NCBI GenBank assembly: GCA_049510745.1
Contig: JBEKYR010000004.1
Span: 64,001-128,000, forward strand
Origin: Verrucomicrobiota bacterium
Lineage (GTDB): Bacteria; Verrucomicrobiota; Verrucomicrobiia; Limisphaerales; Palsa-1400
Reading direction: 5' to 3'
Length of the DNA stretch: 64,000 nt
Numbering within the stretch: position 1 is the stretch's first letter; each line of letters starts with the position of its first letter. The translations under genes and the position numbers were made by a program. Shown in pieces: positions 38,739 to 47,844 of this stretch. A model generated the notes under the pieces. That model was not told where the DNA came from. It ran no database searches and saw only the letters and a program-made list of their open reading frames with translations.

Positions 38739-38773
38739 CGGGCCAGGCGCTGGATTTCGTTGCGCGGGCCGCC
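38729..38773 (+). repeat. ~45-bp direct repeat, copy 2 (overlaps SMP-30 gene stop)
   Basis: TTTGAATTGACGGGCCAGGCGCTGGATTTCGTTGCGCGGGCCGCC. Confidence 0.8.
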
Positions 38774-38851
38774 GGGATCTGGGTGTCCGATTTTTGTCGA
38801 AACGTGTTCCGTTGTCTGTTAGAGTTTGAAGATCTTTCGCTTTTTGACGCC

Positions 38852-40069
38852 ATGAAAGCCACTCGAACCACTCGCAGAGATTTCCTGAAACAATCCGCCG
38901 TCACCGGCGTCGGCATCGGCGCAGGTTTGCGCGCCGCCACCTTCGGCGGGGTTGCAATGGCGAGCTACGACCCGACTACTATCACAGCGACGGTCGGCAT
39001 CTCCAAGGGACCGGACCGGGCGGACAATGCGTTCCGGGCGTGTCAGTTGTTCAAGAAAGATATCGCCGCGGCCATCGGGACCAAGCGCGTGGTCATCAAG
39101 GTCAATTTCGTGGCGCTCCCATCATCCGGCAACGACTGCGCCTACACCCGTGTGCAGCATGTCGAGGGGATTCTGGAGTTCTTGAAGTCCATTGGCAAGC
39201 GGGACGTGGTCGTCGCGGAATCGCCTGCCGGGGGCAACACGATCTCCGGCTATGACCAATGCGGATATTGGCCCCTCACCAAGAAGTATCCTGTCAAGCT
39301 GATGGACCTTAATCAGGAAGGATTTGTCAACGCCCCGATTTGGCAATATGGCAGCTCATCGAATACCACGCAGAAGACGATTCGCCTCTGCAAGATGTAT
39401 TTCAACCCGAACAATTTCATTATTTCCGCGACCCCGCTCAAGACGCACAACACCGTCGTCGTGACGTTGTCCGGGAAGAATATCGGCATGAGCGCGCCCC
39501 TGATTGACTTCGGCTTCAATTGGGCGCAAAGCGGGTCGTGGTATCCGATGACCCCGAAGTATTGGATGCACGGCTACGCGGGCGGCACGGCGTATCCTCC
39601 GGGAGACTTTCAAGCGCTGAATGACAACGTCTATAAGATGTTGGCCATCTATAATATCCGCCCGCACTTGGCCGTCCTCGACGCCTATCAGGGAACGGAG
39701 CACAATGGTCCTCACCTCGGCTCCTTCATCGCCAATCCCCAGCAACTCGCTGTGGTTTCCCGCGATTGGCTGGCGGCGGACCGCATTGGGCTGACACTGA
39801 TGGGCACGAACGTTTATGTTGTGCTCAACCATACGCAAGACGGTCACGAAATGCCATATCCGGCCGTCTTGAACTACTGCTGGCAGGCGGGCCTGGGTGA
39901 ATGGGACGATAGAAAAATCCAAGTCATTGGCGACCTCGGCAACATGACAGGCTATTCGCTTAAGGGGAATGCCAGCGTTTACAACTACCAGCCAAATGAC
40001 AACCAGTCTTCGCAACTCGGAATGCGCACGACTCCGCGAGAAGGAACCATTGTTAACCAGATCACCTGA
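38852..40069 (+). CDS. Tat-exported DUF362 domain protein
   Basis: TRRDFLK Tat motif; VVIKVNFV, LKTHNTVVVTLSGKN, DWLAADRIG. Confidence 0.82.
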   Translation: MKATRTTRRDFLKQSAVTGVGIGAGLRAATFGGVAMASYDPTTITATVGISKGPDRADNAFRACQLFKKDIAAAIGTKRVVIKVNFVALPSSGNDCAYTRVQHVEGILEFLKSIGKRDVVVAESPAGGNTISGYDQCGYWPLTKKYPVKLMDLNQEGFVNAPIWQYGSSSNTTQKTIRLCKMYFNPNNFIISATPLKTHNTVVVTLSGKNIGMSAPLIDFGFNWAQSGSWYPMTPKYWMHGYAGGTAYPPGDFQALNDNVYKMLAIYNIRPHLAVLDAYQGTEHNGPHLGSFIANPQQLAVVSRDWLAADRIGLTLMGTNVYVVLNHTQDGHEMPYPAVLNYCWQAGLGEWDDRKIQVIGDLGNMTGYSLKGNASVYNYQPNDNQSSQLGMRTTPREGTIVNQIT

Positions 40070-40121
40070 TTCAAGCGGCCGGCGTCGCGATGCCTTTGGC
40101 GCAACTCAATTCCAACTCCTT

Positions 40122-42302
40122 ATGAAGCTGAATTTCTTCCTTTCCAACCGGGTGCAGAAGGCCCTCCTTGCCACCAGCGTGTGCCTGGCCATTCTTCCCG
40201 CCACCGTCGAAGCTCTCCCGGCGCCGCAGTGGATGCAAGGTGGGCATTCGGCCAGAATCTCCGGCATGGCCTGCTCGCCCGATGGCGCCATGATTGCATC
40301 CTCGAGCGAGGACGGCACTGTCAAGTTGTGGTCCACGAACGGGACCCTTCTAAGGACGCTGACCGCGCAATCCTGTCCCCTCACCGCGCTTGCCTGGTCG
40401 CCGGACGGCACGAAGATCGCCGCCGGCACTTACTACGGCGGTTACTATTTCGGCGCCGCGGGCATGGGTCTGACTTACCTCTGGCAGGCGCCAAGCGGGT
40501 GGACTGCCGCCAACGTCAGCCTGGTGCGCATCAGCACCAACCTCTACGGCAAGGTCACCGCCCTGGCTTTTCGAGCCGACAGCCTCCGGCTCGCTTCCGG
40601 ATGTGAAACGGGCAGCAATTTCGTCACCTCGGTCGCGAATGGATCCTTTGTTGCTACACGCCCGGCTTACAACACCTGGGTGGAACCGGCGGCGGTGACC
40701 AGCGTTGCCTTCTCTACGAAAGGCATGATGGCGTCCGGATGCGAAGACAGCACGATTTGCGTCTTTGACTCGTCCTGGAACCTGCTGTGGACGTCAACCA
40801 ACGCCGCCAACGCGCACACGACCAATGTCACCTCAGTGGCCTTCTCGCCGGACGGCTTGTTCCTGGCCACGGCAAGCCTGGATCAAACCATCAAGGTCTG
40901 GTCAACGACCAACTGGGCATGTTTGCATACAATGGGCCGACACACCAATGGTGCTTCCTCTGTCGCCTTCAGTCCTGATGGACAAAAGATCGTCTCTGGC
41001 AGCGTTGATGGAACTGTCAAGATTTGGAACTGGGCGGCCGGCACATGCCTGCTGACGATTGCCGCACACGTGCTTCCTGTCACGTCAACCGTTTTCACGC
41101 TCGATGGTGCGCGCGTCATTTCCGCGAGCGACGATGACACCATCCGCATCTGGTCGGCGACCAATGGGTCCGCAGTTCTCACCTTGGGCGGTCAGTGGGA
41201 TTACATCGGTGCTGTGGCCTTTTCTCCCGATGGCACGCTGTGCGCCAGCGCCGGTGGCAATGAGACCATCCAGGTGCGCGAGACCAGCGGCGGCTCGCTC
41301 GTGCGGACGCTGGCCGCAAACACGAATTTTGTCAGCAGTCTGGCGTTTTCGCCCGACAGCGCGAGGCTGGCCTCGGGTGGGGGTCCGTTGGAACCCACCA
41401 TCAAAATCTGGCAGATAAGCAACGGCGCGTTGCTCAACACGATTCCAGCGACGACGAACGGGGTGATGGCGCTGGCGTGGTCGCCGGATGGCACGATGCT
41501 GGCTTCAGGCGGGGATTGCGCCGAGCAGAAAATCCGATTGTGGAGCACAACAAGTGGCGACAGCCCGCTCTACACCTTTGCGGGCCACACCAACGGTGTG
41601 ACCGCGCTGGCGTTTTCTCCGGACGGCACCATGCTGGCTTCAGGCGGCCGGCGGTTCGACAACGCGGTCAGAATCTGGTCCCTCACTACCGGCAACTTGC
41701 TGCAAACGTTGTGGGGCCATGCCTGGAACATCGAGGCTGTCGCCTTCTCGCCCGACGGATCCAGGGTCGCCTCCGGCAGCAGTGGAACGAACTCGCTCAA
41801 GGTCTGGCAGCTTTCCGACGGTTCGTCGCGCACCTTCGGCAGCGACACCAATCCCGTCTTCGCTGTCGCGTTCTCCCCGGACGGCGCCACGCTGGCGGCA
41901 GTGGACCAGAACACGGTTCAATTCTGGAACGTGGCTGCGGGTACGCTCAACCAAACATACACTCAGGAAACCGTCCGGCCATCAAGCATTGCCTATTCAC
42001 CGAATGGCAACCTTTTCCTGTGCGGCCGGGAGGACGGCACGGTGACGATGTCAACCAACAACCTTGGCGCGTTGGGCCAGCCGGCGTTGGCCTTTGCTCC
42101 TCTCACGCTTAATCCGATGGGAGCGACGACGATCAGCGCGCCGGTCCAGCCTTGGACGCATTACGTGCTTTTCTCTTCAACCAACCTGACAGACTGGTCG
42201 TTTCTGGCCTCGGCGGTCAGCAGCTCGAACACGCTGACTTTTTCCGGACCGTCCACCAGCAGCGCGCAGGCCGGATTCTTCCGCGCGACGACTCCGCCCT
42301 GA
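40122..42302 (+). CDS. Secreted WD40-repeat protein with the shared C-terminal module
   Basis: Signal peptide; repeated GH...VxxVAFSPDG...DxTIKIW units; ends AGFFRATTPP. Confidence 0.88.
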   Translation: MKLNFFLSNRVQKALLATSVCLAILPATVEALPAPQWMQGGHSARISGMACSPDGAMIASSSEDGTVKLWSTNGTLLRTLTAQSCPLTALAWSPDGTKIAAGTYYGGYYFGAAGMGLTYLWQAPSGWTAANVSLVRISTNLYGKVTALAFRADSLRLASGCETGSNFVTSVANGSFVATRPAYNTWVEPAAVTSVAFSTKGMMASGCEDSTICVFDSSWNLLWTSTNAANAHTTNVTSVAFSPDGLFLATASLDQTIKVWSTTNWACLHTMGRHTNGASSVAFSPDGQKIVSGSVDGTVKIWNWAAGTCLLTIAAHVLPVTSTVFTLDGARVISASDDDTIRIWSATNGSAVLTLGGQWDYIGAVAFSPDGTLCASAGGNETIQVRETSGGSLVRTLAANTNFVSSLAFSPDSARLASGGGPLEPTIKIWQISNGALLNTIPATTNGVMALAWSPDGTMLASGGDCAEQKIRLWSTTSGDSPLYTFAGHTNGVTALAFSPDGTMLASGGRRFDNAVRIWSLTTGNLLQTLWGHAWNIEAVAFSPDGSRVASGSSGTNSLKVWQLSDGSSRTFGSDTNPVFAVAFSPDGATLAAVDQNTVQFWNVAAGTLNQTYTQETVRPSSIAYSPNGNLFLCGREDGTVTMSTNNLGALGQPALAFAPLTLNPMGATTISAPVQPWTHYVLFSSTNLTDWSFLASAVSSSNTLTFSGPSTSSAQAGFFRATTPP

Positions 42303-42536
42303 TTTCGTGGGGAGATTTCCAACACGCGCTGACAGGCTTCGCGAAACCCGCGATTTATGTAGCTTATCAGGCGCGCGAATTACTCGTGTCGTGTCCCCGA
42401 AATCGCTAAACACTTGCGCCAACTGCGCACCCACGGCCCTCAGTCCTTCCGCCTTCCTCGCCCACTCACTGACTCACTAATTCTTCTACTCACTGATTCG
42501 CTTGCCGTTGGCCCCTTTCCAGTGTTCAGTAAACGC

Positions 42537-43358
42537 ATGACTTTGGAAGATCATTTGGGCGACATTATTCGCAAGGGCCGGCTGGCTGGCGGCGTCGCGC
42601 CGGGCGTGGCGGCGCGGGCGGCCGGCTTGACCGAACCGGAACTCACCGCGCTGGAGGAGACCGGCCAACCTTCGCGCCCCGCCAACCTTCCGGCCCTGGC
42701 CGCCGCCATCGGCCTGGACGCCGCCAAACTCGAACGCATCGCCCGCGGCTGGCTGCCGGCTGTGCCCGACCTGGCGCAGTGGCGCGAATTCCGCCAGATC
42801 ACCACAACCGCCGACGGCCTGAGCGTCCACTGCTATCTCGTTTGGGATGAAGTTTTCCGCGACGCCGCGTTGTTCGACACCGGATGGGACGCCGCCCCGA
42901 TTTTCCAATTGATCGAGGAAAACGGCCTGGCCTTGCGGCATCTTTTCCTCACTCATTCGCACGAAGACCACATCGCAGCGATAGGCGACATTCGCGCGAA
43001 GTTTCCGAAAATCCATTTGCACAGCAACTCCAAAAGCTCGCCCCCGCAGCATCGCAACCGGGCCAACGATTTCGTGCATCTGGGCAGCCTGCGCATCACC
43101 AACCGCGACACCCCCGGCCACGCCGAGGACGGCGTCACCTATATCGTGGGCGGCTGGCCGGACGACGCCCCGCACGTCGCGCTGGTGGGCGACGCGATTT
43201 TTGCCGGTTCGATGGGCCGCGGGAACCAATCGTGGGAGTTGGCCCGGCAAAAAGTCCGCGACCAGATTCTCACCCTCCCGGCGGAGACATTGCTCTGCCC
43301 CGGCCACGGCCCCCTCACCACCGTCGCGCAGGAAAAAGCGAACAATCCGTTCTTTTGA
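42537..43358 (+). CDS. MBL-fold metallo-hydrolase with N-terminal HTH-like domain
   Basis: LEDHLGDIIRKGR HTH-like N-terminus; THSHEDH, TPGH, GDAIF, PGHG. Confidence 0.85.
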   Translation: MTLEDHLGDIIRKGRLAGGVAPGVAARAAGLTEPELTALEETGQPSRPANLPALAAAIGLDAAKLERIARGWLPAVPDLAQWREFRQITTTADGLSVHCYLVWDEVFRDAALFDTGWDAAPIFQLIEENGLALRHLFLTHSHEDHIAAIGDIRAKFPKIHLHSNSKSSPPQHRNRANDFVHLGSLRITNRDTPGHAEDGVTYIVGGWPDDAPHVALVGDAIFAGSMGRGNQSWELARQKVRDQILTLPAETLLCPGHGPLTTVAQEKANNPFF

Positions 43359-43384
43359 CACCCGCCGCCAAAGCCAAATCCCGG

Positions 43385-43789
43385 TTAAGCCGCCTGCGTA
43401 TGGATGGAAGTCACGGTGATGCCACGGACGCGGAACATCGGTTTGCCCGGTTTCTCCGCCGTGATGAACTCTTCCGCGCCCTGGCCAATGGCCGCCGCCA
43501 AATGCAGCGCGTCCACCGCGGCCAGTCCGTATTGGCGCGCCAGTTCCCCGGCCTTCTCCCCCAATTCACGGCTCAACGGCTCCTCGCCTTTCACCGCGCG
43601 GAAATGCGTCTGGTAAAACTCCAGTTCCGCCTCTTGCTTGAAGAACGCCGGTTTGGAGAGCAACTCCAGCTTGACCAGTTGCGACGTGTAGAACTCGCGT
43701 CGCGGATCTTCCATCACCGCCAGCGCCGCCTCGGAATCCCTTCCGCGCCACGCCGTCAGCAACACGCCCGAATCCAGAAACGTCTTCAC
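43385..43789 (-). CDS. VapC/PIN-domain toxin
   Basis: FLDSGVLL...LELL...DALHLAAA...FITAE PIN motifs. Confidence 0.88.
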   Translation of the reverse strand: MKTFLDSGVLLTAWRGRDSEAALAVMEDPRREFYTSQLVKLELLSKPAFFKQEAELEFYQTHFRAVKGEEPLSRELGEKAGELARQYGLAAVDALHLAAAIGQGAEEFITAEKPGKPMFRVRGITVTSIHTQAA

Positions 43790-44046
43790 GCCAGCCCTCC
43801 GCGCCGCTGCCGCAACTCTTCGGCAATGCCGTCGCTGTCGAGCAGTTCGCCGCCTTGCGCCAGAAACTGCTGGCGAAGCTTGAGCAACTTCCGGCCGGTG
43901 GCCGTTTTGGGCTGCCAGGCCGGGCCGGACTCGCGCGCCAGTTTTTCCGCCACCGCCTGGCGGACGAACTCGCTGCGATTGCCCGGAATCCGGCGCACGT
44001 CCGAGAGCGGCAGCTTGACCGATAACACCTTCAGATCATGTGTCAT
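43786..44046 (-). CDS. RHH-like antitoxin of the VapC pair
   Basis: VLSVKLP...NRSEFVRQAV; 4-bp overlap with toxin; ATG 6 nt after a TACATT -10 box. Confidence 0.75.
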   Translation of the reverse strand: MTHDLKVLSVKLPLSDVRRIPGNRSEFVRQAVAEKLARESGPAWQPKTATGRKLLKLRQQFLAQGGELLDSDGIAEELRQRRGGLA

Positions 44047-44126
44047 ACCCAAAATGTACTACGCCTGGATTTTTCCGCAAGCTCTTCCTGGAAAGGACCA
44101 AGGATCAAATCCCTTAAAAATGAATG

Positions 44127-44155
44127 TTGACCCGTCAGAGGCCTGTTGCTACCTT
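44127..44155 (+). promoter_or_regulatory. Sigma70-like promoter for the ilv leader and operon
   Basis: TTGACC-17 bp-TACCTT with TG extension; ATG of the leader peptide 7 nt downstream. Confidence 0.6.
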
Positions 44156-44162
44156 GCCCGCG

Positions 44163-44216
44163 ATGAAATTTTTGGCCGGCCTGCCGTCAGTCGTCTGCGT
44201 CGTCGTTGTTGACTAG
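44163..44216 (+). CDS. Val-rich ilv leader peptide MKFLAGLPSVVCVVVVD
   Basis: 17 codons, 6 Val in the last 8 sense codons, directly upstream of a terminator and ilvN-ilvC. Confidence 0.8.
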   Translation: MKFLAGLPSVVCVVVVD

Positions 44217-44250
44217 CGCGGCCTGAGGCATTGTGCCGGCTCACAGGCCG

Positions 44251-44280
44251 CCCGTCGTCCCACTCGGACGCGGGTTTTTT
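44251..44280 (+). terminator. Intrinsic terminator (attenuator) upstream of ilvN
   Basis: CCCG(T)CGTCC-CACTC-GGACGCGGG followed by a T6 tract, 5 nt before the ilvN ATG. Confidence 0.75.
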
Positions 44281-44285
44281 GATTT

Positions 44286-44759
44286 ATGCGACATACCATA
44301 TCCGTGCTCGTGGAAAACAAGTTCGGCGTCCTCACGCGCGTGGCCGGCCTCTTTAGCGGCCGCGGCTACAACATCGACACCCTCAACGTCGCCCCCACCC
44401 AGGCGCCCAACACCTCGCGCATGACCATCGTCACCCGCGGGGACGACGCCACCCTGGACCAGATCGTCAAACAACTCAACAAACTGGTCAACGTCATCGA
44501 GGTCCACGACTTCAGCGAGGCCGAATTCATCGACCGCGAGTTGATCCTGGTGCGGGTGGCGGTCAACGCCAAGACCCGGGCCGAGATCATGCAGATGACC
44601 GATATTTTCCGCGCCAAAATTGTCGATGTCCAGCCCAAGGCCATGACCATCGAGATCACCGGCGACGAAAGCAAAATCGAAAAGTTCCTCGGATTGATGA
44701 ACACCTTCGGCGTGCTCGAACTTTCCCGCACCGGCAAGATCGCCCTGGCGCGCAAATGA
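44286..44759 (+). CDS. ilvN: Acetolactate synthase small (regulatory) subunit
   Basis: ISVLVENKFGVLTRVAGLFSGRGYNIDTL ACT domain. Confidence 0.95.
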   Translation: MRHTISVLVENKFGVLTRVAGLFSGRGYNIDTLNVAPTQAPNTSRMTIVTRGDDATLDQIVKQLNKLVNVIEVHDFSEAEFIDRELILVRVAVNAKTRAEIMQMTDIFRAKIVDVQPKAMTIEITGDESKIEKFLGLMNTFGVLELSRTGKIALARK

Positions 44760-44794
44760 ATCCTTTAAGTCAAACCTAAAACAAAAACACTCCT

Positions 44795-45820
44795 ATGCCC
44801 GCAAAAGTCTATTCCGATCAACACGCCGACCTGAAACATCTCCAAGGCAAAACCCTGGCCGTCCTCGGCTTCGGTTCCCAGGGCCACGCCCACGCCCTCA
44901 ATTTGAAGGACAGCGGCTGCAACGTCATCATCGGCCTCTACGAAGGCAGCAAATCCATTCCCGTCGCAAAGTCCCACGGCTTTGAGGTGGTCTCCACCGC
45001 CGAAGCCGTGCGCCGCGCCGACGTGATTTTCGTCGCCATCCCGGACACCAAACAGCCCGCGGTGTACCAGCGCGACATCGCCCCCAATCTGGCGCCCGGC
45101 AAGACGCTGCTGTTTTCGCACGGCTTTTCGATTCATTTCAAAACCATTGTGCCGCCCAAAGACGTCAACGTCATCCTCGTCGCGCCCAAGGGGCCGGGCC
45201 ACATCGTCCGCCGCCAATTCACGGAGGGCAAAGGCGTGCCCGCGCTCATTGGCGTCTATCAGGACCCGGGCAGGAACTCCAAAAAAATAGCCCTCGCCTG
45301 GGCCAAGGGCATCGGCGCCACCCGCGCCGGCGTCCTCCAGACCAGTTTCAAGGAGGAAACCGAGACGGACCTCTTCGGCGAACAGACCGTGCTGTGCGGC
45401 GGCGCCACCGCCCTGATCCTGGCCGGTTACGAAACGCTCGTCGAAGCCGGCTACCAGCCCGAAATGGCCTACTTCGAATGCCTGCACGAACTCAAACTGA
45501 TTGTCGATTTGATGAACGAAGCCGGCATCAGCGGCATGCGCTTCTCCGTTTCCGAAACCGCCAAGTGGGGCGACGTCAGCGTCGGCCCGAAGATCATCGA
45601 CGCCAGCGTCAAGAAGAGGATGAAGGCGGCCCTCAAGGACATCCAGTCCGGCAAGTTTGCCAAAGGCTGGATCCGCGAATACAACGGCGGTTACAAGAAG
45701 TACAGCGCCCTCCTCAAAGCGGGCGAGAAGCACTCCATCGAGCGTGTCGGCGAACGCCTCCGCTCCCTCATGCCCTGGATGAAGAAGCGCTCCGTCAAAG
45801 GCGTCCAGGCGGCCTATTGA
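44795..45820 (+). CDS. ilvC: Ketol-acid reductoisomerase
   Basis: [40 protein letters not shown]. Confidence 0.97.
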   Translation: MPAKVYSDQHADLKHLQGKTLAVLGFGSQGHAHALNLKDSGCNVIIGLYEGSKSIPVAKSHGFEVVSTAEAVRRADVIFVAIPDTKQPAVYQRDIAPNLAPGKTLLFSHGFSIHFKTIVPPKDVNVILVAPKGPGHIVRRQFTEGKGVPALIGVYQDPGRNSKKIALAWAKGIGATRAGVLQTSFKEETETDLFGEQTVLCGGATALILAGYETLVEAGYQPEMAYFECLHELKLIVDLMNEAGISGMRFSVSETAKWGDVSVGPKIIDASVKKRMKAALKDIQSGKFAKGWIREYNGGYKKYSALLKAGEKHSIERVGERLRSLMPWMKKRSVKGVQAAY

Positions 45821-45836
45821 TATTTACAGTCCGGCC

Positions 45837-46724
45837 ATGCCGCCCTCCATGACCCGCCGCGAATTCGTGGCCGGGACCTCCGCCGGCCTGCTGTGCGCTG
45901 CGATGCAGTTGGACGCCGCGCCCGCGTTCGGCCAGCGCATTTGCGCCTTTGAAAAGCCGCTGCAATTTCTCAGCTACTCCGAGCTGGCCGATACCATGGC
46001 CATGCTCGGTTTCAGCGGCATCGAGGCAACCGTCCGTGCCGGCGGGCATGTTCTGCCAAAAAACGTCGAGGACGACCTGCCGCGCCTGCACGACGCCCTC
46101 CAAAACCGCGGGCTGGAAATCACGATCATGGCGACGGACATCAACGCCGCCGATCAACCCCAGGCGGAACTGGTCCTGCGCACCGCCGCCAAGCTGGGAA
46201 TTCGCCGCTATCGGATGCAGTGGTACCGCTACGACGCGCGCAAACCGATTCTCCCGCAACTGGACGAGATCGCAGCCAGGCTGCCGCCGCTGGCGCGGTT
46301 GACGCGCCAGTTGAGCATGTCGGCGATTTACCAAAATCATTCCGGCGCGGAGATGGTCGGCGCGCCCGTGTGGGACATTTATCGTTTGCTCAAGGATTAC
46401 GATCCGAAAACGATTGGGATTGGGTTTGATATTCACCACGCCACGGTGGAAGGCGGGCTGTCGTGGCCGATCCAGTTCAAGCTCATCGCCCCCAATCTGG
46501 CGGCCGTTTATGTGAAGGATTTTGTCTGGGAAAAGGGCAAGGTCAAGAGTGTGCCCCTGGGCGACGGGCAGGTGGACCGCAAGTTTTTCAAGATGCTCCG
46601 CGAGTCGGGATTCACCGGGCCGATTTGCCTGCACGTCGAATATCTCGACGGCAAGAAGGAAGACGCGCTGGCCAACGCCTTTGGCAAGGATTTGGCCACG
46701 CTCCGCTCCTGGCTGAAGACCTGA
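45837..46724 (+). CDS. Tat-exported sugar phosphate isomerase/epimerase (TIM barrel)
   Basis: TRREFV Tat motif; YQNHSG, FDIHHA, VKDF, LHVEY. Confidence 0.8.
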   Translation: MPPSMTRREFVAGTSAGLLCAAMQLDAAPAFGQRICAFEKPLQFLSYSELADTMAMLGFSGIEATVRAGGHVLPKNVEDDLPRLHDALQNRGLEITIMATDINAADQPQAELVLRTAAKLGIRRYRMQWYRYDARKPILPQLDEIAARLPPLARLTRQLSMSAIYQNHSGAEMVGAPVWDIYRLLKDYDPKTIGIGFDIHHATVEGGLSWPIQFKLIAPNLAAVYVKDFVWEKGKVKSVPLGDGQVDRKFFKMLRESGFTGPICLHVEYLDGKKEDALANAFGKDLATLRSWLKT

Positions 46725-46732
46725 CGCCGCTC

Positions 46733-47248
46733 TTACGGCAGGCTCTCCAAGACAAACCGCGTTGCGCCGCGCACATCGGAATCGACCTGCGCCCATTCAT
46801 TGGAAAGCGGCGCGATCATTTCTGCGGGCATCGTCCGCGACATCTCCCCGCTGAATTCAAAGGCCGCGCTCACAGCCGCCATGGCCGGCGTGCCCGCCAC
46901 CTCGGCCGGTTTCGGAGGACGCGGCGCCGCCAGCCAGAAACTGATCGCGGCCAGCGCCGCCAGCACGGCGAGCGCCGATGCCGGCGCCAGCCAAAGAACG
47001 CGGGAGGCGCGCCGGGGCGCCCGCTCCGCCGCCGCCGCGCGGACGGCGCGCATGATGGAATTGTGGAGCGGCGCATCCGCCGGCATGACGCCGGGGGCGC
47101 GCCGGAAGGCGCGATCCATCTCCGCCGTCTGTTCGGCAAAGCCGCGCAACTCGGGCGAGGCGGCAATCTCCGCCCTGGCGGCCTCCGGCAAGGGCCGGCC
47201 CGCGTCCAGCGCATCGGAAATCCTGAATTTTGTCAATAATATCTTCAT
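46733..47248 (-). CDS. Putative membrane anti-sigma factor
   Basis: Directly downstream of the ECF sigma gene with 4-bp overlap; single TM helix. Confidence 0.65.
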   Translation of the reverse strand: MKILLTKFRISDALDAGRPLPEAARAEIAASPELRGFAEQTAEMDRAFRRAPGVMPADAPLHNSIMRAVRAAAAERAPRRASRVLWLAPASALAVLAALAAISFWLAAPRPPKPAEVAGTPAMAAVSAAFEFSGEMSRTMPAEMIAPLSNEWAQVDSDVRGATRFVLESLP

Positions 47249-47844
47249 GGGCTGCCTCCCTCGGTGGCGGGCGCCAGCGCCGGCGTTTCCCGCCCGGCCC
47301 GCCGCAACGGCCCGGCCAGTTTCTGGCGCGCGCGAAACAACAGCACTTTAACGTGCGTTTGGGTCTTGCCGAGCGCCTGCGCGATTTCCGCCACGTTCAT
47401 GTCTTCGGCGTAACGCAGCCAGATGGCCTGGTACTGGCCGTCGCCCAGATGCCGCCGGGCCAGCCGCCAGACATTCTCGCCCTCCTCGCGCCGCGCCAGC
47501 ACTTCGGCCGGATCGTCCAAATCCGGCAGGTCGGGCAGCGGGTCCTCGGAAACCGGGCGGAAATGGCGGTGCAAATCGACGCATCGGCGCCGGGCGATGG
47601 CGAAGAGCCACGGGGCAAAAGGCCGCCGGGTGTCGAATTGCGCAATCGCTTGAAACGCCCGCACAAAGGCGTCCTGGGTCACCTCGCGAGCCTCGGACGG
47701 ATTACACCGCCATTGCGCGGTGAAGGCATAAATGCGGCGCTCGTAACGCGACACCAATTCTTCAAAGGCCTCCAGCGAGCCGGCCTGGCTTTGCCGGGCC
47801 AGTTCCTCATCGGCGGCCGATTTCAGATCCATCTCCACAGTCAC
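47245..47844 (-). CDS. ECF RNA polymerase sigma factor
   Basis: AFEELVSRYE, EVTQDAFVRAF, WLFAIAR, EIAQALG...VKVLLFRARQKL; start may be 47832. Confidence 0.9.
   Translation of the reverse strand: MTVEMDLKSAADEELARQSQAGSLEAFEELVSRYERRIYAFTAQWRCNPSEAREVTQDAFVRAFQAIAQFDTRRPFAPWLFAIARRRCVDLHRHFRPVSEDPLPDLPDLDDPAEVLARREEGENVWRLARRHLGDGQYQAIWLRYAEDMNVAEIAQALGKTQTHVKVLLFRARQKLAGPLRRAGRETPALAPATEGGSP

Noticed and set aside
478..44046. Three toxin-antitoxin pairs as one novel defence system
   Set aside because: Canonical, unlinked type II modules (MazF, RelE/ParE, VapC) scattered among housekeeping genes
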